From Octopus sinensis (lineage: Eukaryota), in NCBI RefSeq assembly GCF_006345805.1, contig NW_021830253.1:1-5026 (forward strand): a stretch of 5,026 nucleotides of DNA, written 5' to 3'. Below are positions 1 to 5,026 of the stretch, in pieces (within the stretch, counting starts at the first letter, position 1; each line of letters begins with the position of its first letter). The notes under the pieces were generated by a model. That model was not told where the DNA came from. It worked only from the letters and a program-made list of their open reading frames with translations, and made no database searches. The position numbers were made by a program, and so were the translations under genes.

Positions 1-31
1 GTTGGAGATTTTAGATCATGTAACATCAAAA

Positions 32-385
32 TCTCTCTCTAATATAAACGGCAGTTTGGTCTGTCTGCGTGTCTGTCAGGTTGTACCCTGACCCTGACCA
101 CGGCTTTCAACGTTCTGATGAAACTTGACACACACATAGCCCAATGTCATAATTCAAAACTAACGCACAGCGAAAATTTTGAAAGTTCCCCCAGTTCATG
201 GTGTCGAGAATCAGAAACACAAACCACAGACTGTCTAGGGGACGCAACTCGACCTTTTTAACTCTCAAAAAAAATTTACCATCATTTTTTTCCCATTTTT
301 TTGCTATTTTTTGGCTATAACTCTCTAAAAATGCTTTATAGTTATTTCCCTTACAAACCCGAGCAACGCCGGGCGATACTGCTAG
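32..385 (+). mobile_element. Non-autonomous Helitron (rolling-circle transposon), apparently full length, 354 bp
   Basis: 5' end TCTCTCTCTAATATAAA starts with TC at 32, directly after host A31. The 3' end has a GC-rich hairpin CCCG-A-GC-AAC-GC-CGGG (358-373), an 8-nt spacer and CTAG (382-385), followed by host T386. Insertion between A and T without a TSD fits canonical Helitron termini. No RepHel coding sequence is present. Confidence 0.88.
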
Positions 386-492
386 TCATTGATAAATTTC
401 ATGGAATAGGTATCGGTCAGCATACACTCTTGTTTAGTTATTACACCGTAATTATTCTATGTCGATTAAAACGTATATTAATATGTAGGCAA

Positions 493-742
493 CATTTATC
501 GTTCGGTTACAATTGCATGCAGAGCCTTACTCTTGCTGCGTGGAGAATGGCTTCATTTGTCAGTCTGTCTCGATAAATTATTCTTAGGCTGTTTCTGAGG
601 CACCGCTGATGAAATGCTTCGAGTTGGTGGGCGATTTTGCTGTCACCTTCCAGGTTTCAGCTGCATAGATCACAATTGGCAGTATTGCTGTTTTGTACAG
701 ACGAATTTTCAGTTTTCTAAATACTGCCGCTGCTTTGCCAAT
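493..742 (-). mobile_element. RTE-clade LINE fragment (end of RT domain/C-terminal region), inverted relative to the adjoining piece
   Basis: Manual minus-strand translation from 742 with two frameshifts gives IGKAAAVFRKL-KIRLYKTAILPIVIYAAETWKVTAK/IAHQLEAFHQRCLRNSLRIIYRDRLTNEAILHAARV/LHAIVTER*M. This matches the RTE pattern RIGKA..F..L...K.RLY...LP.L.YG.ETW...L..FH.RCLR.IL.I...D..TNE. Confidence 0.9.
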
Positions 743-958
743 TTTGCAGCTTACATACTAAGGCTGGCAGAGGAGAGGATTGCCAAAACAGCCATGGGCT
801 GGGTGCCACTGGAAAATAAGAGAAAAAGAGGCCGACCAAGGAAGACACAGCCTAGTACTTGGGAAGAAGCATACCGATTGGCCAGAGCTGGCGATAACTG
901 GCAATCACTGACTACCCCATGTGCCACTCAAAGACACCAACGGACCTAAGAAGAAGAA
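743..958 (+). mobile_element. RTE-clade LINE 3' end with (AAG)n tail
   Basis: Plus-strand translation FAAYILRLAEERIAKTAMGWVPLENKRKRGRPRKT..TWEEAYRLARAGDNWQSLTTPCATQRHQRT* contains a decayed GHILR motif and the KRKRGRP and W..A motifs of RTE C-termini. The stop TAA (947-949) runs directly into the short tandem tail AAGAAGAAGAA (948-958). This explains the second half of ORF 614..949. Confidence 0.9.
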
Positions 959-968
959 CTATATATAT

Positions 969-1365
969 GCGCAGGCATGGTCCATAGGCGCAGACATGGC
1001 TATTGGCTCCTGCATGGCTCTGTAAAAAGGAGCTGGTTTTCCAACTACATGGTTACAGGTTCAGTCCCACCGCGTGGTACCTTGGGCAGGTGTCTTGAAC
1101 TATAGCATCGGGCTGACTAAAGTCTTGTGGGTAGATCTAGAAGACGGAAACTGAGAGAAGCACATCACGCGTGTGTGTGTATGCGTGTGCGTGTGTGTCT
1201 GTGTCTATCTCCACCGCAGCTTGACAACTGGTGTTGGTTTGTTTACGCCCCCGCAAATTCGCAATTCGGCAAAAAGGAACCGATAGAATAAGTACCACAT
1301 TAAAAAAAAATCTTCAAGGGGTACCCCAGCATGGCCGCAGTCTAACAACTGAAACTAATAAAACA
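969..1365 (+). mobile_element. tRNA-derived SINE (octopus-type family with internal (GT)n tract), diverged
   Basis: Head GCGCAG(G/A)CATGG with A-box-like TGGC, B box GGTTCAGTCCC (1058-1068), then CCTTGGGCAGGTGTCTT. Internal (GT)n at about 1169-1205, CGATAGAATAAGTACC at 1281-1296, and 3' CCAGCATGGCCGCAGTC...ACTGAAAC followed by an A-rich tail. The family assignment is from memory of octopus SINEs, not from a search. Confidence 0.85.
1169..1205. repeat. Imperfect (GT)n microsatellite inside the first SINE
   Basis: gcgtgtgtgtgtatgcgtgtgcgtgtgtgtctgtgtc. Confidence 0.9.
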
Positions 1366-1519
1366 GAGAACATAAAATATGTAGACGGTTGTCTGTCGTA
1401 CGCTCTTCAGTAACGTAAAGTAAAGAAAAAACCGGATGTGAAAAAAAGATTTATGCTATTGTGCCATCAGGACGAAATAACAAAAACATTCGAACACAAT
1501 TTTGAAGACCCCACAAACG

Positions 1520-1700
1520 GAGACAGGAAGATGGCAAACTGCGGCTAGCACGGTCGCCCGTTGCTCCGCCGCCCTGACGTGCCCGAAATCGAAAGAACGA
1601 AGCTAAGCTCGCGGTGCGACCCCGTACGCGTGGACGTAGCCACCACCGATGTTTGCAAAATTTGCAGTTACAAGCGACATACAGTCGCCGATTTTGCAAT
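1520..1700. promoter_or_regulatory. CpG-dense unique patch, candidate cis-regulatory element or promoter
   Basis: About 21 CpGs counted by eye in 1541-1700 against an AT-rich background. Overlapping ETS-like CAGGAAG (1524-1530) and YY1-like AAGATGGC (1528-1535) motifs. No recognisable protein in the frames examined. Function is inferred only. Confidence 0.35.
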
Positions 1701-2010
1701 AAGCAAAAATGCTAGTTCTAAAATCTCACCTAATCGCTGTCTTGTTAAAAGTCACTTTTACCGTCGCAAACATACGTACATACATACTTTCTTTTTGCTT
1801 TATGTGTAACCATGCCATACGTAACCAGAGAAAGATCGACAGGTTCGGCTGATCCCACTCCGTGAGAGTTATACATGTGTCCATGTTATATACATATTAA
1901 GTACATACAAGCGTAAATTACATAGTTGCTAATGGACGATACATTTTAATATCTAACGACGAACACCTCATGCCGCTCTTGCAGTATCCGCTGTTATGTG
2001 TGTTAGTCTC

Positions 2011-2053
2011 TGTGTGTGTGTGTGTGCGTGTGTGTGTGTGTGTGTTGTGTGTG
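2011..2053. repeat. (TG)n microsatellite
   Basis: Near-pure TG run with one CG and one TT interruption. Confidence 0.95.
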
Positions 2054-2220
2054 CATGCGGGTAATTATGTGTATGAATATATCTGTGTATGCATGCGGGC
2101 CTATATATAACTTCTCTTCCCCCACCATCAGTAAGAGGAGTCTCAGTAAAAGGTCAAAGGTGCTAGCCTTTCGTCACCAAAGAAGCCATGAAAGAAAACA
2201 GAAAAATAAACGTACCCGCG

Positions 2221-2280
2221 CGCACACACACACACACACACACACCATACATACAAACACGCATACACACACACACACAC
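2221..2280. repeat. (CA)n microsatellite, imperfect
   Basis: CA runs interrupted by CATA, CAAA and CGCA units. Confidence 0.95.
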
Positions 2281-2438
2281 GCATAATGATTTGCAATATT
2301 TACATATTACCAAACGAAATATACATTACAATGACATTTAAAGACCACCCGTACCTCGCAACACGAGTTGAAATACCAGTTACCGGTAATGCACTCTATA
2401 AATAGAATATATCTCCTTGAATTTGTGTGTGTGTGTAT

Positions 2439-2458
2439 GGTATTAAATATAAAACAGT
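2439..2458 (+). repeat. Left copy of 20-bp direct repeat (probable target-site duplication)
   Basis: GGTATTAAATATAAAACAGT, identical to 2732-2751. Confidence 0.85.
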
Positions 2459-2498
2459 CGCCAGGTTACACTACACATCATTTTATGTCATTATTGAA

Positions 2499-2731
2499 GG
2501 CGGCGAGCTGGCAGAAACGTTAGCACACCAGGCGAAATGCATAGCCGTAATTCGTCTGCCGTTACGTTCTGAGTTCAAATTCCGCGCCGAGGTCGACTTT
2601 GCCTTTCATCCTTTCGGGGTCGATAAATTAAGTACCAGTTACGCACTGGGGTCGATGTAAACGACTTGATCCGTTTGTCTGTCCTTGTTTGTCCCCTCTA
2701 TGTTTAGCCCCTTGTGGGTAATAAAGAAATA
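2499..2731 (+). mobile_element. tRNA-derived SINE (second octopus-type family, Meta/MESC-like central domain), well preserved
   Basis: Head GGCGGCGAGCTGGCAGAAACGTTAG (A box) and B box GAGTTCAAATTCC (2571-2583). The central GCCTTTCATCCTTTCGGGGTCGATAAATTAAGTACCAG resembles the MetaSINE/MESC core as I recall it. The 3' tail is TTTAGCCCCTTGTGGGTAATAAAGAAAT. Confidence 0.9.
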
Positions 2732-2751
2732 GGTATTAAATATAAAACAGT
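2732..2751 (+). repeat. Right copy of 20-bp direct repeat (probable target-site duplication)
   Basis: GGTATTAAATATAAAACAGT immediately after the SINE tail, identical to 2439-2458. Confidence 0.85.
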
Positions 2752-2835
2752 ATATAACCAAAGGAACTAACACTATGGGAAGAGAATCATATAGAACAAA
2801 ATAAGAAAAGAATATAAAACATATATCTATCTATC

Positions 2836-3637
2836 GAAGGAGTGACTAATGCGAGGGATTAATATGGGTGGGTAATGTTTTACTTTATAATATATCTTGG
2901 GTGTGTGTTTAAATAGCGAGTATTATGGTAAGATAGGAGCTAGATTGGGAATCTTTAGGCTGACGGAAGGCAAGAGAATAATTCATAAACAGGGACAAAC
3001 ATGGACCAGAATGGACAAGTGCTAATCGTTTACATGGCCGTTGGATATCTAGGTGTTGGGCTTATCTGTGGTTATTCAGTGCAAAAACGTATACTAGTAA
3101 GATAAAGAATATTAAATATTCAAGGAGTGACACTGTGTTAGAGGGTTAATTATGTGTCTTTTTTTAAAGGGTGTTAAATGAAAGTGTTAACATGGATATG
3201 TATGCGTTTGGGACTTTTAACGGTGTTGTTTGGGTACAGCTAAAGGGGAGAAACCTGTACATTTTAATTAGTTTTATAGCGTAATACTGCTCTATTTTGG
3301 TTGTAGGGAAGAGGTTATGTCAGTTCTAGATACAATTGGGGGTGTTTGTGTTTAGATACAGGTATCAACTAGGGGGTGTAAGCATCTATGGGTTTCGATG
3401 TATCAGGTAGTTTAGCTATAATACATTATCCGATGGTTCATAAGGGTTTATATTATATTTATAGTTCTATCTGTGAGTTATATCTGCTATGGTGGGGGTA
3501 ATGTGCTAGTATAGTTAGTGATTGGGTGCATTTAAATTATTTAGTGCTGGTAAATACGAAAATCTAGTCACACGTGTGTTTTCTGAAAGGTTCTTAAGTA
3601 AAGGGTTCTTAGACTAAGTGTATAAGTTAGGTTTATG
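2836..3637. other. Unassigned non-coding block with strong G-over-C strand skew, probably an unclassified repeat remnant
   Basis: For example, 3301-3360 has 19 G against 4 C. The block has many GGG/GGGG runs, no ORF of 60 aa or more in the track, and short internal duplications. Confidence 0.4.
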
Positions 3638-3880
3638 GGATCTTTTCACTTTGACCGGCAGATTTTAAAAATATTTTTTGTAACTAAACACTTTTAAACT
3701 TCGTATACTAGTAGAATGTGTCACATAAAACATCTTTTTCTCTTGGCGTTCTTGAGAAAATTCTGTAGTTTGTAAGCTGTTTGTTGTTAAATTTCTCGTA
3801 TTTCGGCAATTTCAACCAATCAATGACGTCTATTGAGGTGAATACAATTACTGCTGTTGCTTGTCAACAACAACTTCCGG
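3638..3880 (+). mobile_element. Probable one-armed fragment of a non-autonomous DNA element or MITE-like dispersed repeat
   Basis: Begins GGATCTTTTCACTTTGACCGGCAG, which I recall as resembling the terminus of an abundant octopus repeat. Composition changes abruptly at the left edge, and the right edge abuts the Tc1 truncation point. No matching inverted terminus was seen in the window. Confidence 0.4.
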
Positions 3881-4451
3881 CAGATTCTCCTCCATGTTTA
3901 ACAGTTGGAAGAAGGCAGTCTGGGTCAAATGCTTCTTTTGACTGTCTCCGCACGTATACTCGACCGGTGGTCTGAAATAAGTTAAAGGATAACTCGTCTG
4001 AGAAAATAACATTCTTCCACTGCTCTAGGGACCAATTCTGTAGGTTTTTACTCCACTCTAAACGCTTTGCAACGTTTGTTTTTGTAAGTGGTGGTTTTCT
4101 GATTGCAGCCCTCCCGTGAAATCAGCTTTGTGCAGCTCCCGACGAACAGTTTTTGTGGAAACTGGGTTCTCAAAGTGGTCATTAAGCTCTGCAGTAATTT
4201 TGAGTGCTGTTCTTTTGTGATCTTTTCAAACAATTCGCGTAAGAGTCCGGCGGTCCCTATCTGAAAGTTTTAGTTTTCTTCCGGAATTTTGTTTCGACGA
4301 GGAGGTTTTCCCCCTCTTTCTCAAAGGCTGTCATTACTTTCGAGACAGTACTTCTTGATACACCAAACATTTCGGCTGTTTTCGTTACGCTAGCGCCTGC
4401 CATACGAGCACCAACAATTTGACCTCTTTGAAAGTCCAATAGATATTTGAT
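3881..4451 (-). pseudogene. Tc1-family (Tc1/mariner) transposase pseudogene, N-terminal approximately 190 codons
   Basis: Reconstructed protein: (I/M)KYLLDFQRGQIVGARMAGASVTKTAEMFGVSRSTVSKVMTAFEKEG/KTSSSKQNSGRKLKLSDRDRRTLTRIV*KDHKRTALKITAELNDHFENPVSTKTVRRELHKA/HGRAAIRKPPLTKTNVAKRLEWSKNLQNWSLEQWKNVIFSDELSFNLFQTTGRVYVRRQSKEAFDPDCLLPTVKHGGES. It contains a paired-like HTH, a GRPR-equivalent SGRK, a second HTH, WKNVIFSDE (first catalytic D at 3998-3996) and TVKHGG. Lesions: start ATC at 4451-4449, +1 frameshift near 4310, TGA at 4228-4226, -1 frameshift near 4121, and truncation at 3881. Confidence 0.95.
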
Positions 4452-4595
4452 TTTTATGAATTTTAATTAACTTTTGCTGATGATATCTAAAAAGAAACAG
4501 CAATTTTAGCAATGCATATTAAGCAACACTAATAACAAATAAAAAAGCCTAAAAATAAACAAGCTTTTGACAGTTTTATAGATATTTCAAAATTA
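4452..4595 (-). mobile_element. Probable 5' non-coding region of the Tc1 element
   Basis: AT-rich sequence directly upstream of the transposase start, with minus-strand TATAAAA (4580-4574) and an acceptor-like CTGTTTCTTTTTAG (4500-4487). The boundary and TIR could not be identified. Confidence 0.4.
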
Positions 4596-5026
4596 TTTCA
4601 AAGACTTGTATATGCACAATTATTTATTCATTTAAAGGCGGTACCAAAGCGAATGAAGCGTGCTTATTACTAGTTGAAAATTATTTTTCTTCTTGTACCT
4701 ATATACTTCCTTTTGTATACATTACAATACACAACTCCTACAGAATTGTGTAGATATACTATACAATTGTACATACGCACTATCACAATATTATATACAT
4801 AAATGTACATTCCCAACCATTGACAAGCACCATTGACTAAGAAGAATATTATCTACTAATGAGCCAACTCCGACAAGGTTGTTTTGAGTTCAGCTATTGT
4901 TATTTAATATCATTTTGTCAGTTTTGAACATTTCAAATTTGCATTTCATCTGTAAATCCTATTAATGTGTATATACTGTATGAAAGCCGTAATACTGCAG
5001 TATTCGTCTTGAGAAGGCATCTTGTA

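Noticed and set aside
112-128. CTGATGA...GAAAC as a hammerhead ribozyme core (also near 606)
   Set aside because: The two motifs overlap, with no stem II between them.
301-576. 91-aa ORF
   Set aside because: It crosses the Helitron end, host DNA and the antisense RTE fragment, starts at TTG, and has no recognisable domain.
614-949. 111-aa ORF as a gene
   Set aside because: It is a chimera of antisense RTE sequence and the sense RTE C-terminus, created by the inversion.
1451-1809. Overlapping 82-aa ORFs on both strands
   Set aside because: No recognisable family, non-ATG starts, and open frames are expected in a GC-rich patch. A short exon cannot be fully excluded.
2499-2590. tRNA gene (also 988-1070)
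   Set aside because: A and B boxes are present, but there is no cloverleaf and the sequence continues into a SINE body.
2016-2660. ORFs 2016..2405 and 2427..2660 (also 1231..1413)
   Set aside because: They are translations of microsatellites (CVCV, HTHT) and SINE sequence.
3781-4233. ORFs 3781..3975 (+) and 4048..4233 (-)
   Set aside because: They are antisense and off-frame readings of the Tc1 pseudogene.
4638-4674. Possible second Helitron 3' end (…GCGTGCTTATTACTAGT)
   Set aside because: CTAG-T is present, but there is no convincing hairpin and no 5' end.
4744-4768. Hairpin AATTGTGTAG-ATATA-CTATACAATT
   Set aside because: Short and AT-rich, so plausible by chance.
4991-5004. Perfect 14-bp palindrome AATACTGCAGTATT, overlapping a miR-8/200-like seed
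   Set aside because: Isolated, with no precursor-length hairpin and no match to the rest of the mature miRNA.
1-5026. CRISPR array or prokaryotic operon/defence system
   Set aside because: No regularly spaced repeat-spacer array and no gene-dense organisation. The content is typical of animal repetitive DNA.

Overview
AT-rich eukaryotic non-coding DNA (intronic or intergenic) made almost entirely of transposable-element remnants. The two SINE families resemble, from memory, those of octopod cephalopods. No intact protein-coding gene is supported, and most listed ORFs are artefacts. In order, the window holds: a complete 354-bp non-autonomous Helitron (32-385); an RTE-clade LINE 3' remnant whose upstream half is inverted, as expected from twin priming (493-958); a tRNA-derived SINE with a triplicated head (969-1365); a unique CpG-dense patch (about 1520-1700); an inverted (TG)n/(CA)n pair whose complementarity extends into non-repetitive sequence (1994-2286); a second tRNA-derived SINE enclosed with 40 extra 5' bases inside a perfect 20-bp direct repeat (2439-2751); an unexplained 800-bp G/T-skewed block; a probable dispersed-repeat arm; and a minus-strand Tc1 transposase pseudogene truncated after the first catalytic Asp (3881-4451). 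I cannot establish a new biological system. The best leads are the inverted RTE, the fold-back, the SINE with extra 5' sequence and the fish-like Tc1.
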